Notes under the pieces: model-generated
What the model was told of the DNA's origin: nothing
Database searches by the model: none
Seen by the model: the letters and a program-made list of their open reading frames with translations, nothing else
Position numbers and translations under genes: made by a program
DNA from: an uncultured cyanobacterium
GTDB taxonomy: Bacteria; Cyanobacteriota; Cyanobacteriia; Cyanobacteriales; Nostocaceae
DNA: 64,000 nt
Direction: 5' to 3'
Assembly: GCA_963740315.1 (NCBI GenBank)
Contig: CAVUDP010000002.1
Location: 1,376,001-1,440,000, forward strand
Shown here: positions 22,422 through 32,213 of the stretch, one piece after another
Position numbering within the stretch: position 1 is the first letter of the stretch
Layout: each line of letters opens with the position of its first letter

Positions 22422-23939
22422 ATGCAGAATTCTCAAATTGACGAACGAGATTCAATTACAGAAAAATCCTATTCTCGCGAGAATTGGCGGGAAGGATATC
22501 AATCTTTAAAAGAAGAACATGATTATTGGATTGATGATATTGAAGGTGAAATTCCGCCAGAGTTAAACGGTACGCTGTTTAAAAATGGTCCGGGTTTGTT
22601 GGATATTAACGGACAAAATATTCATCATCCTTTTGATGGCGACGGAATGATTAGCCGGATTACTTTTACTAACGGACGCGCTCATTTTCGCAATCGTTTT
22701 GTGCGGACTAAAGCTTATATCGAAGAACAAAAAGCTGGAAAAATTCTTTATCGCGGCGTATTTGGAACTCAAAAACCTGGCGGTTGGTTGGCGAATGCTT
22801 TTGATTTTAATCTGAAAAATATTGCTAATACTAATGTTATTTATTGGGGTGGTAAACTATTAGCATTGTGGGAAGCCGCCGATCCTCATAAACTCGATCC
22901 AAAAACTTTAGAAACTTTGGGTAAAGAACATTTTAATGACGTTTTATCCGAAGGTGAAGCTTTCGCAGCACATCCACGTTTCGATCCTAATTGCGAACAA
23001 GATAATGGCGAACCTTGTTTGGTGAATTTTTCTATCAAACCGGGATTATCTACAACTATTACTATCTTTGAATTAGATACGACAGGTAAAATAGTTCGTA
23101 AAACCGCTCATAGCGTTCCCGGTTTTGCTTTTATCCACGACTTCGCGATTACTCCTAATTACTGCATATTCTTTCAAAATCCCGTTGCTTTTAATCCGAT
23201 TCCTTTTGCTTTAGGAATGCGTGGTGCTGGGGAATGTATTAAGTTTCAGGGAGATCAACCTACTAAGGTTTTGATAATTCCGCGATCCCCCCTAGCCCCC
23301 CTTGAGAAGGGGGGAAGTCAGGAGAAAGTAAAAATTTTGGAAACGCAATCGGGTTTTGTTTTTCACCATACCAATGCTTTTGAAAAAGGTTCGGAAATAG
23401 TTATCGATTCTATTTGCTACGAAAATTTACCAGAAGTTGAACCCGAAAGCGATTTCCGAGATACTGATTTTGAATCTTTAACACCAGGTCAATTATGGCG
23501 GTTTTATCTTAATCTGGAAAATAATACGGTGCGACGAGAATTAATTGAAAGTCGTTGCTGTGAATTTCCTAGCGTGCATCCGGATAAAGTCGGACGCGAA
23601 CATCGTTATTTATACATGGGTGCGGCTCATGCTGTTGAAGGTAATGCACCACTGCAAGCATTTGAAAAAGTTGATGTAGAAACTGGTGAAAAACAAGTTT
23701 GGAGTGCTGCACCTCGTGGTTACGCTAGCGAGCCGAATTTTGTGCCTCGTACTCCTCACGGTGATGAAGATGATGGTTGGCTGTTAGGTTTGGTTTATGA
23801 TTCAACTCACGATCGTTCTGATGTGGTAATTTTAGATGCCAAGGATTTGAACAAAGCACCGATCGCAAGGTTACATCTCAAGCATCATATTCCCTATGGA
23901 TTGCATGGGAATTTTGTTAGTGATGTTTTTGTAGATTAG
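22422..23939 (+). CDS. Carotenoid cleavage oxygenase (RPE65 family)
   Basis: HPFDGDGM and Fe-ligand His motifs FAAHP, FIHDF, FVFHH and YGLHG. Confidence 0.93.
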   Translation: MQNSQIDERDSITEKSYSRENWREGYQSLKEEHDYWIDDIEGEIPPELNGTLFKNGPGLLDINGQNIHHPFDGDGMISRITFTNGRAHFRNRFVRTKAYIEEQKAGKILYRGVFGTQKPGGWLANAFDFNLKNIANTNVIYWGGKLLALWEAADPHKLDPKTLETLGKEHFNDVLSEGEAFAAHPRFDPNCEQDNGEPCLVNFSIKPGLSTTITIFELDTTGKIVRKTAHSVPGFAFIHDFAITPNYCIFFQNPVAFNPIPFALGMRGAGECIKFQGDQPTKVLIIPRSPLAPLEKGGSQEKVKILETQSGFVFHHTNAFEKGSEIVIDSICYENLPEVEPESDFRDTDFESLTPGQLWRFYLNLENNTVRRELIESRCCEFPSVHPDKVGREHRYLYMGAAHAVEGNAPLQAFEKVDVETGEKQVWSAAPRGYASEPNFVPRTPHGDEDDGWLLGLVYDSTHDRSDVVILDAKDLNKAPIARLHLKHHIPYGLHGNFVSDVFVD

Positions 23940-23946
23940 TAGGTTC

Positions 23947-24057
23947 GTAGTAAGGACTTCAGTCCTTGGATATAGGAATAAAGTCCTTACTACAAATATA
24001 ACTTGAAAAACTATGGTTTATAACCTTAGCGTAAAAGAGCGCTCAAGCGCTTACTAC
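23947..24057. repeat. GTAG-type REP-like palindromes (pair plus single)
   Basis: GTAGTAAGGACTTCAGTCCTT..AGGAATAAAGTCCTTACTAC; GAGCGCTCAAGCGCTTACTAC. Confidence 0.75.
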
Positions 24058-24079
24058 GAACCTTTTATTCGTCTAACTG

Positions 24080-25462
24080 TTAAATTGCGCGGGAGAATTT
24101 ATTTTGTTGCGTAGTTTTGCGAGAATCAAAAATAACGGCAATATTTCTAACTAACAATCTACCTATTCCTGTAACGTGGATTCGATTGCTTGATAAATCA
24201 ATTAGTCCATCTGTTTCTAACATTTTTAATGCTGCTAATTCCTGAGAAAAGTATTCATTAAATTTAATCTGATATTTTGACTCAATATCCGAAAAACGCA
24301 AAATTCCGCTTGACATAATAGACATAATTACATCTCTTCTAATAATGTCATCCCCACTTAATTTAAATCCTTTAGCAATTGGTAAAATTCCTTTTTCTAC
24401 TGCTTGATAATAATCTTTGAGTTTTTTATGATTTTGGGCGTAAGCATCTCTTAATAAGCTTACAGATGTCGAACCAAAACCAAACAACTCAGTTTCCGCA
24501 TGGGTTGTATAACCTTGGAAAGTACGTCCCAAACTGCCATTGCTTTGCGCGATCGCTAATTCGTCATCAGCTTTGGCAAAGTGATCCATGCCGATAAATT
24601 GATAGTGATTGGCGGTAAGCTCCTCAATAGTTAATCTGAAAATTTCTAATTTTTCTTGAGGTGTGGGAAGCGCATCTACTGGTAACTTTTTCTGTAGTGG
24701 TTTCAGCCAAGGTACGTAAGCAAAGTTAAACACGGCAATTCTATCGGGGTTTAATTTGATAGTCTTTGTTATCGTCTTCCAAAAACCGTGCAAAGTTTGA
24801 TGGGGTAAACCATAAATTAAATCTACATTCACACTTTTAAATCCAGCTTCCCGAATCCAATCCATGACGTTAAACAGCATTTCTTCTGGTTGAACTCGAT
24901 TTATTGCTGCTTGTACCTGATAATTAAAATCCTGAATCCCGAAACTGATCCGATTAAACCCAATTTCTCTCAGAAACAAAATGTAGTCTTTATTTACATA
25001 TGTAGGATTAATTTCAATCGAAACTTCCGAATCAACATCAAGATTAAAATATTGATTGATATTTCCCCAAAGCTGTTTTACCTGATGTACGTTTAAATAA
25101 TTTGGAGTACCTCCTCCCCAATGCATTTGTACAACTTTGCGATCGGTATCAATCAAAGTTGCTGTTTGTTGAATTTCTCGAATTAAATGTTCCACATAAG
25201 GAATAGCAATTTCTTTTTTCTCAGAAATTACAGTATTGCAACCGCAATAATAACAAGCACTTTCACAAAAAGGGATATGAAAATACAAACTCAGCGGAGT
25301 TTTTCTCTGATTTGAAGATGAAATAGCTTGCTTAAAATCTGTTGCAGTAAATGCTTCAGTCAACTCCGTTGCAGGTGGATAGCTAGTATATCTCGGTGTC
25401 GGAGTATCGTATTTTTTAATAATATCTAAGTCAAATTTAACGCCAGGAAATTGAAATATCAT
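24080..25462 (-). CDS. hemN: Oxygen-independent coproporphyrinogen III oxidase
   Basis: PRYTSYP, radical SAM YFHIPFCESACYYCGC, GGGTP, IGMDHFA and C-terminal FSRAI. Confidence 0.95.
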   Translation of the reverse strand: MIFQFPGVKFDLDIIKKYDTPTPRYTSYPPATELTEAFTATDFKQAISSSNQRKTPLSLYFHIPFCESACYYCGCNTVISEKKEIAIPYVEHLIREIQQTATLIDTDRKVVQMHWGGGTPNYLNVHQVKQLWGNINQYFNLDVDSEVSIEINPTYVNKDYILFLREIGFNRISFGIQDFNYQVQAAINRVQPEEMLFNVMDWIREAGFKSVNVDLIYGLPHQTLHGFWKTITKTIKLNPDRIAVFNFAYVPWLKPLQKKLPVDALPTPQEKLEIFRLTIEELTANHYQFIGMDHFAKADDELAIAQSNGSLGRTFQGYTTHAETELFGFGSTSVSLLRDAYAQNHKKLKDYYQAVEKGILPIAKGFKLSGDDIIRRDVIMSIMSSGILRFSDIESKYQIKFNEYFSQELAALKMLETDGLIDLSSNRIHVTGIGRLLVRNIAVIFDSRKTTQQNKFSRAI

Positions 25463-25480
25463 AATCTAATCAGTTAACAA

Positions 25481-25709
25481 TGAGGAGTGAGGAGTGAGGA
25501 GTGAGGAGTTAGGAATTAGGAATTAGGAATTAGGAGTTAGGAATTAGGAATTAGGAGTTAGGAATTAGGAGTGAGTAGTGAGTAGTCAGGAGTTAGGAGT
25601 TAAGAATTAGGAGTTAGGAATTAGGAATTAGGAGTTAGGAGTTAGGAGTGAGGAATTATCTCCCCATCTCCCCATCCCCCCATCCCCTTGTCTCCCCCTC
25701 TCCCCCATC
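25481..25709. repeat. Heptamer STRR tract (GGAGTTA/GGAATTA/GGAGTGA) plus CCCCATC repeats
   Basis: Direct tandem heptamers. Confidence 0.9.
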
Positions 25710-26405
25710 TCAAGCTGTAGCGGTTTCGTTGTTAATCAGTTTGTGAAACATTAGTTCACCGATAGATTTGATTAAAGTTTCTTCCAATTCTTTCGCTATT
25801 TCCATATTAAATTGGAATGAATTATTGGCTTCTGCAACAATTTTTTCGGCGGTTTTATCGTCTACTGGTACTTTATCGAGTGCTTCGCGATATTTGTTTT
25901 TGAATGCTTTTTTATCGGGGATTTGCTCGAAGTTGTAAAAATATGTGCCTCGATCGCCTTCTAAATTAAAGGTGGATTGGACTACTTTTTGTAACATTTG
26001 CCCGCCTGATAAGTCGCCCATGTAGCGCGTGTAAGCGTGTCCGATTAACAATTCTGGTTGAATTTGTGCAACTTCGCGAATGCGGGAAATATAATTTTGA
26101 GTAGAGGCTAATGGTGTAATTTGTAAAAGCCAATCTGAACCGTAGTAAAATTCTAAATCTTTTTCTAAGTTGGCTTTGCGATTTAGTTCGGGAAAGTAAA
26201 CAACACCAACACAAGGATGATTTTGATGACTTTTAAGTGCTGCTTCTAGTTCGCTATAAACAAAATATAAGTTACTTAAAAATTTTGCAAAGCAGTTTCT
26301 ATCGACAACACCTTTGACGAAACATTTCATAAAACCGATATTTTCCGTCGCAGCATGAGATTGCTCGGTTCCAGAACGAAGTTTTATAGCTAGATTGTTA
26401 CTCAT
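25710..26405 (-). CDS. ho2: Heme oxygenase (ho2-like, linked to hemN)
   Basis: LRSGT..SH, HAYTRYMGDLSGGQ and EAN..FQFN motifs; paralog assignment rests on linkage to hemN. Confidence 0.85.
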   Translation of the reverse strand: MSNNLAIKLRSGTEQSHAATENIGFMKCFVKGVVDRNCFAKFLSNLYFVYSELEAALKSHQNHPCVGVVYFPELNRKANLEKDLEFYYGSDWLLQITPLASTQNYISRIREVAQIQPELLIGHAYTRYMGDLSGGQMLQKVVQSTFNLEGDRGTYFYNFEQIPDKKAFKNKYREALDKVPVDDKTAEKIVAEANNSFQFNMEIAKELEETLIKSIGELMFHKLINNETATA

Positions 26406-26808
26406 TTTTAATCCTGTATTGATGAAACGCTATCTTCCACAGGATTTACGCACTATGACTACAATACTTGCTGTACTTTTTATTTTTTGTATCCTTATAT
26501 AGCGATCGACATTTCTTCATATATCTTTATAAGCGGTTGGAAAAACTAGCTTCACTTCTAAAACCGCAGCCCTAATTCATCATCTATTATTGCAAATTAT
26601 TCTCTTTTCTCAATAAACACAATTCAACTAAATTCTTAAATACTTTACTAACCATAAGTAATCTCTATGCGCGATCGATGTCTCAATTACTTAAAATAAC
26701 GCTAATATAAATCTTAAGTTAAATTTAAGTTAAACGATACATCGGTTTTTGCTAAGTTTAATTATATACTAATGAGTTTGAATATGGATTTGAGATTTGG
26801 GGGTGTAA

Positions 26809-27012
26809 TTGGCTAACTCACAAAGTATTGAAGTAGGAGATAAAGTTATAATATTACGTCCGTCGCACATCGCAGGAAAAACTGGTTTTATCTACGCAAG
26901 AGAAATATTTTCAGATGAAGAAGTTAGCAAGCGCTGGATTATCTGTATAGATTCGGAAAATGTGATGGTGTCGCTGACTCCAAAAGAATTTGAATTATTA
27001 GCCGAGCTATAG
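26809..27012 (+). CDS. Small hypothetical protein (SH3/KOW-like)
   Basis: IEVGDKVIILRP..AGKTG pattern; TTG start after a GGGGG SD-like tract. Confidence 0.45.
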   Translation: MANSQSIEVGDKVIILRPSHIAGKTGFIYAREIFSDEEVSKRWIICIDSENVMVSLTPKEFELLAEL

Positions 27013-27057
27013 GGTTTTGTGTTGAATTCCTAATCCAGCAGGCGCGATCGCATAACT

Positions 27058-27318
27058 TTAATCATCTGTTAAAGGTTCGTCGTTTATTCCTAGTTCTTTC
27101 TTACTGTGTTTCAATTTTTTCCACAGTTGCTTAATTTGCGTATATGCTTCTTCGGAAGCAACTTTACCGGAAGTTTGTAAGTTAACGATATAGCCTACTT
27201 TTTGAGCAAATTCTTGTAAATTGGCGTTGAATACTAAGTTTTCTGGCTTGAATTCCCCGTAATAACGACTGCGAGGGTACAGTAAGTTTTCTTTGTTCGC
27301 TTTATCAGAATTTTCCAT
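27058..27318 (-). CDS. Conserved cyanobacterial small protein
   Basis: YPRSRYYGEFKPENLVFNANLQEFAQKV motif familiar from cyanobacteria. Confidence 0.8.
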   Translation of the reverse strand: MENSDKANKENLLYPRSRYYGEFKPENLVFNANLQEFAQKVGYIVNLQTSGKVASEEAYTQIKQLWKKLKHSKKELGINDEPLTDD

Positions 27319-27574
27319 TTTCCATAATCCTCTCAGGATAATATTTTGTTAAGCCACTTTTAACCTTACATTAACCTTATTAGTAACAACTCTCCTACTG
27401 TATTAATTAACATCTTATTAATCATCTACCTTAAGGCTTACACAACAACAAACTCTTGTAAAAAAAAAGACATTATTATACTGTATAATTACGTAGCACA
27501 ACTTATAAAAACAATTAAAATATCATTTATATAGCATTGAAATAAATGTATGTAGTTAATATCAATGCAAACAA

Positions 27575-27598
27575 CTTATTGAAAATTTTCTCAATAAG
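27575..27598. promoter_or_regulatory. Palindromic operator (Fur-box-like) upstream of acsF
   Basis: CTTATTGA-AAATTTTC-TCAATAAG, perfect 8-bp arms. Confidence 0.45.
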
Positions 27599-27736
27599 AT
27601 GAAAATATCTTTAAACCAAGTAAACCAGCATGAATAATTAGTTTTTGTAAATCAATTTAAATATTTTGGCTAAAGATGAAAATTTGCAACTATTAATGGT
27701 TATAGAGCGATTAAACGGAATTATTGCAGAATTCTT

Positions 27737-28810
27737 ATGGTAAAGTCTCTTCCAACCCCACAGCCATTGATTAAAGAAGGTGTAAAAGCGCCGGTGCAGG
27801 AAACGCTGTTAACCCCCCGGTTTTACACGACAGACTTTGATGCTGTGGCATTGATGGATATTTCGGCGCATGAGAAAGAGTTGAAAGCGATTGTAGACGA
27901 GTTGAAAGCCGACTATAACCGCCATCACTTCGTGCGCGATGATGAGTTTAAACAAGCTTGGGATAGCATTGATGGTAAAAAGCGCGAAGCATTCATTGAT
28001 TTCTTAGAAAGAAGCTGTACCTCTGAGTTTTCAGGGTTTTTGCTATTTAAAGAGTTATCGCGCAAACTCAAAAACCGCAATCCCATGCTAGCGGATGCTT
28101 TTAACTGTATGGCAAGGGATGAAGCGCGTCATGCGGGATTTTTAAATAAAGCAATGGCGGATTTCAATCTTTCTCTAGATTTGGGTTATTTAACCAAAAG
28201 CCGTGCATATACATTCTTTCCCCCGGAATGGATTATTTACACGGTTTACCTATCTGAGAAAATTGGTTATTGGCGCTACATTATTATGTTTCGTCACTTG
28301 GAAGCGCATCCAGAAGACCAATTTTATCCTTTGTTTCGCTATTTTGAAAGTTGGTGTCAGGATGAAAACCGACACGGAGATTTTTTCAAAGCGCTGTTGA
28401 GATCCCAACCGCAACTTTTCAATAATTGGAAAGCGCGTTTATGGGTGCGTTTCTTCTTATTAATGGTATTCGTAACGCACACGCTAACGGTATTTGAACG
28501 AGTCAACTTTTACGAATCCCTTAATATAGATGCTCGCGAATACAACAAGAGAGTTATTGAAGAAACCAATAAAACATCCGCACGAGCATTTCCAGTGATT
28601 CTGAATACCCAACATCCAGAATTTTTCCGCAGATTGGAAGAATGTTCCGATCGCAATTTGCGCTTAACGGAAATTGATAAGAGCGATCGTCCTAAAATCG
28701 TTAAATTATTGCAAAAAGTACCATCCTTCCTTTCCATCATCGGACATATGGTGCGATTGTTCGTGATGAAGCCGATTGATGCTGAAGCAACCAGAGCAGC
28801 AGTGCATTAA
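27737..28810 (+). CDS. acsF: Mg-protoporphyrin IX monomethyl ester oxidative cyclase (AcsF/CycI paralog)
   Basis: LLTPRFYTTDF, ERSCTSEFSGFLL, DEARHAG, SEKIGYWRY and DENRHGD di-iron motifs. Confidence 0.95.
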   Translation: MVKSLPTPQPLIKEGVKAPVQETLLTPRFYTTDFDAVALMDISAHEKELKAIVDELKADYNRHHFVRDDEFKQAWDSIDGKKREAFIDFLERSCTSEFSGFLLFKELSRKLKNRNPMLADAFNCMARDEARHAGFLNKAMADFNLSLDLGYLTKSRAYTFFPPEWIIYTVYLSEKIGYWRYIIMFRHLEAHPEDQFYPLFRYFESWCQDENRHGDFFKALLRSQPQLFNNWKARLWVRFFLLMVFVTHTLTVFERVNFYESLNIDAREYNKRVIEETNKTSARAFPVILNTQHPEFFRRLEECSDRNLRLTEIDKSDRPKIVKLLQKVPSFLSIIGHMVRLFVMKPIDAEATRAAVH

Positions 28811-28988
28811 ATAGATTTACTGGCTAAAGAATAAACGGGAATCAGCGTAAATCCTTTTTTTGAAATATTTTTTTATAGAATTTGATCTAGAGACTATTAT
28901 TTTACGTCTCATTTATATCCATACAGAAAACAAATTACCCGAACAGCTTGCGCTGAGGTAAAAATATATGTTATATAAATAAAGTTCT

Positions 28989-29062
<74 letters not shown>

Positions 29063-29068
29063 TTTTTT

Positions 29069-30403
29069 TTAAGAAGCCTTCGGAAGTGTTTTTTGATAAC
29101 CCTCGTGCGCGGACAAACTCAGCACCCACCAAGCTATATGGGTAAATTGAGCGCATTCAAACCAAGTAAATGTAAAAGCGAGATAAACAATTAATACTGC
29201 TTCAATACCACGGTAAGGCGATTTAATAACCTGCCATAAACAAAATGCGAACAGTGTTAAGTAAGATATTAAACCTAGTATCCCAACAGATAAAGTAGTA
29301 TCAAAAATTAAATTATGTGCTTTAACTGTAGGTAATTGTTTTCTTCTTCGGAGTCCGTTTTTATTTTCGTAGTCATAACTAAAATCACCCAAACGAATAA
29401 CTTCTTTTACTGGTTCCCCATGATGAATGTAGGGGTAAACCGTACCAAAACCATTCATACCCCATCCGAGCAAGGGACGCATAGAAATTCCACGGATAGC
29501 ACGTTCCCAAAGCATTTCTCTATCGGATGAAATATATTTGATTAATACTGTGGTTTTATCAAAGTTGGAGCGATCGCTAAATACAAGTTGACGAGTAGCA
29601 GAAACCGCACCTACAAATAATAACGATACCAAGCAAGCACAAACTATAATTTTATTGCGATGACGGTTTTTAAAACCCGATTGGTAAACCCAGTAAATGA
29701 ACCCGAATACAAAAGCTATTATTCCTGCACGAGTTTGAGTTAATAATAGTGCTGGGATGATTAATGTTAAAGCAATGACAGCATTTCGTTGAGTTATAAC
29801 TTTCTTTTGCCAACCAATTAAACTAATAATTGAACAAGCTGCCAGTACAAACGATGCATGACCGCGATGGGAGTATAATCCTATTGGTTGATGATTTTTG
29901 AAAATCGTGCTGGCTAAAATATGACTTTGAAATAATTGTCCAGAAGTAGCGGTGTAGTCAATTCGCCAATTAATCGCTTGAGGAAATATACTTAAAGCAA
30001 GAATTACCCCACCAATTATTAAACCTTGTAATTGAGAACGAAATAGTTCTGGGTGCAGTCTTATTAGTAAATTGTTGCTGAGGGTGAAGATTGCAATTAA
30101 TAGCCAGTAGAGCAAGCCGTCACCCATCTGTTCTTGAGCGAATAAAGAACGAAGCGGAAAAGGACTATTTATAGTTGATATTAATCCGATTCCGAGAAAT
30201 ATTTCCCATAATAATCTGTTAATGTTCCAAGATTGAGGAATTGTTAGAGAGTCTCTTTCTTCCCACAAAATCAGAACGTTGAATATACAGATTAGCAGGA
30301 TGACGAATACTTTAGGTTGAGTCCAAATTTCCCCTCGCATCCTTCCAATTGGGTTGATAAGAATGATGCTGAGGGAAAACAGCACTGTGTAAAGGTGCTT
30401 CAC
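29069..30403 (-). CDS. O-antigen ligase / Wzy_C-family polytopic membrane protein (possible O-oligosaccharyltransferase)
   Basis: Multiple TM segments; LTQTRAG, R..LW..AI..I..RPLLGWG and KAHN motifs. Confidence 0.82.
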   Translation of the reverse strand: MKHLYTVLFSLSIILINPIGRMRGEIWTQPKVFVILLICIFNVLILWEERDSLTIPQSWNINRLLWEIFLGIGLISTINSPFPLRSLFAQEQMGDGLLYWLLIAIFTLSNNLLIRLHPELFRSQLQGLIIGGVILALSIFPQAINWRIDYTATSGQLFQSHILASTIFKNHQPIGLYSHRGHASFVLAACSIISLIGWQKKVITQRNAVIALTLIIPALLLTQTRAGIIAFVFGFIYWVYQSGFKNRHRNKIIVCACLVSLLFVGAVSATRQLVFSDRSNFDKTTVLIKYISSDREMLWERAIRGISMRPLLGWGMNGFGTVYPYIHHGEPVKEVIRLGDFSYDYENKNGLRRRKQLPTVKAHNLIFDTTLSVGILGLISYLTLFAFCLWQVIKSPYRGIEAVLIVYLAFTFTWFECAQFTHIAWWVLSLSAHEGYQKTLPKAS

Positions 30404-30405
30404 TG

Positions 30406-31422
30406 TTATTTGTTTTTTCTAAGTTTTAGAGTTTTCACTATAGCCCATGCTCCGAGGGTTATTAGTCCGATTACTGGGGTGGATTCTGGGATAGTAGTGT
30501 ATCGTTCATTTGGATCGTATTTGTTGAAGCCACCTCCACCGCTTCCACCGTTGGAAGGAGGCTTTCTGTAACAACCAAGAAAACTTTTGCAAAGAGGAAC
30601 TGTTTCACGTTCATTTTCTTGTTCTTCTTTTTCTTCTTGTTCTTCTTGTGGTTGTTGAATAAGATCGGGTTCTTCTTTTAATATCCTGTTATGCCATCCC
30701 CAACTTACTCCTCCGTAAATCAATACTTTCCTGGGTAATCCATCCAGTTGTGGAATTTCTTCTGCTAAATAAAGGTCTCCCCACCAGTCATGTTCCTCGT
30801 CAATATCAAGTCTTGCAGGGGCATCAGTAAAAAAATAATTGTCAAATTCGTTATCACTATCTGGATCTGCATCATAAAAAGGGGTTCCGTTATTAGGATT
30901 GTAAATATCCAAATCAATTACACTTTCTCTTACTCCGTGCCCACCTACTAAGCTGTGATTACTTCTTACAAATTGAATCCATCGCACGCGACCTGTATTT
31001 GGATCTGGCTGTCTGGTTTCTGGAGAAAAGCTAAAATTAGGTACATATTCAAGCTCAAGTTGACCTCCAACAGATTGTCCTTGAGAGCATTCGGAAAATG
31101 GCGGACATACTCTATAAGCCTTGACTAAAAAATCTCCATATACCGGAGTACCTGACCGGCGAAAGTTCCACTCGGAAGATGGAAAAGATGATGTTAAAAC
31201 TCGCCAAAACTCTGAATGCGGATTTGGTGGGTTCTTTTTGATCACGAAATCCATGTATATTTTTCCCTTTTGACCGTTTGTTGTATCATAAAATTCCTGC
31301 GTTGTTCCCGGCATAAGAGGAGAAAAGTCATTTTTTAAATTAAATGCTTTGACAGGATGACTTGCAAGTAAGACAGAAAAAGGTAGTGTAAATAATACTG
31401 ACCAAAGTTGTTTGTTTTTCAT
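30406..31422 (-). CDS. Secreted protein with PEP-CTERM-like C-terminal sorting signal
   Basis: Signal peptide (..PVKA), C-terminal IPES-TPVIGLITLGAWAIV-KTLKLRKNK. Confidence 0.7.
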   Translation of the reverse strand: MKNKQLWSVLFTLPFSVLLASHPVKAFNLKNDFSPLMPGTTQEFYDTTNGQKGKIYMDFVIKKNPPNPHSEFWRVLTSSFPSSEWNFRRSGTPVYGDFLVKAYRVCPPFSECSQGQSVGGQLELEYVPNFSFSPETRQPDPNTGRVRWIQFVRSNHSLVGGHGVRESVIDLDIYNPNNGTPFYDADPDSDNEFDNYFFTDAPARLDIDEEHDWWGDLYLAEEIPQLDGLPRKVLIYGGVSWGWHNRILKEEPDLIQQPQEEQEEKEEQENERETVPLCKSFLGCYRKPPSNGGSGGGGFNKYDPNERYTTIPESTPVIGLITLGAWAIVKTLKLRKNK

Positions 31423-31502
31423 TTTTTTATCTGTGAAACAAATTGATTTGTCTTAAAAATAATATTCAGTTAAATCGAATAAGCTTGTAGAAAATGATCG
31501 GT

Positions 31503-32156
31503 TTAATTCAGAATTAAACTTACAGGATTAGTATAAATATTTCCCGTCCAAAAATCATTATATATATTATGGTCGTTCGCTTCTTTGGTATAAATCCATC
31601 GCGTTTGCTGCAAATTAAAGTAGGTGAATCTCATTTTATATTTGCCTGGTTTAAAATTCCAAAAACGTAAGATACCTCCATAAGACGTTATTCCTTGAAG
31701 CTGAATACAATCTTTCTTAGTCCAAACAAATTTTAAATCAATAAAATAATCTAAGCTTTTACCAGGTTCGATGAGCGGAATATCTGATTCTTGTGTACGT
31801 CTAGTTGCGTTTCTAGCAAAATCCACTTGCATCGGTTCTCCATTATTATCAAAAAATCTTGGCTGGGATTTAGGCAATTCAAAGCGATGAGGAATTAAAG
31901 AATTATTTGTAATACGTATTCCAACTTCTATCGGACTTTCTTTTCCACTTTTAGGAAGCCGATAATTTTTTTCTGGTAATAAAGTTTCAAAGCAAATTCC
32001 ATCAATTTCAGTTCCATTATCACAAGATGTCATATCAGATGTCCTCTCAGAAAATACATTTTTCACAACTGTTAAACCTTGTGGTATATTACTTAATTCC
32101 ATTGCTCCAAACAAGCTAATAATTAAAGCTAGGGAGAGCGCAAAAAGCTTACGCAT
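31503..32156 (-). CDS. Hypothetical exported protein (Ig-like beta domain likely)
   Basis: N-terminal hydrophobic signal; IRITNNS, LIEPGKS and KPGKYKMRFTY beta-sandwich-like patterns. Confidence 0.6.
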   Translation of the reverse strand: MRKLFALSLALIISLFGAMELSNIPQGLTVVKNVFSERTSDMTSCDNGTEIDGICFETLLPEKNYRLPKSGKESPIEVGIRITNNSLIPHRFELPKSQPRFFDNNGEPMQVDFARNATRRTQESDIPLIEPGKSLDYFIDLKFVWTKKDCIQLQGITSYGGILRFWNFKPGKYKMRFTYFNLQQTRWIYTKEANDHNIYNDFWTGNIYTNPVSLILN

Positions 32157-32213
32157 GGGTTATTTTTATCCAAACTTACACGGTAGAAAACTAAACTTTA
32201 TTTTCAACAATAT

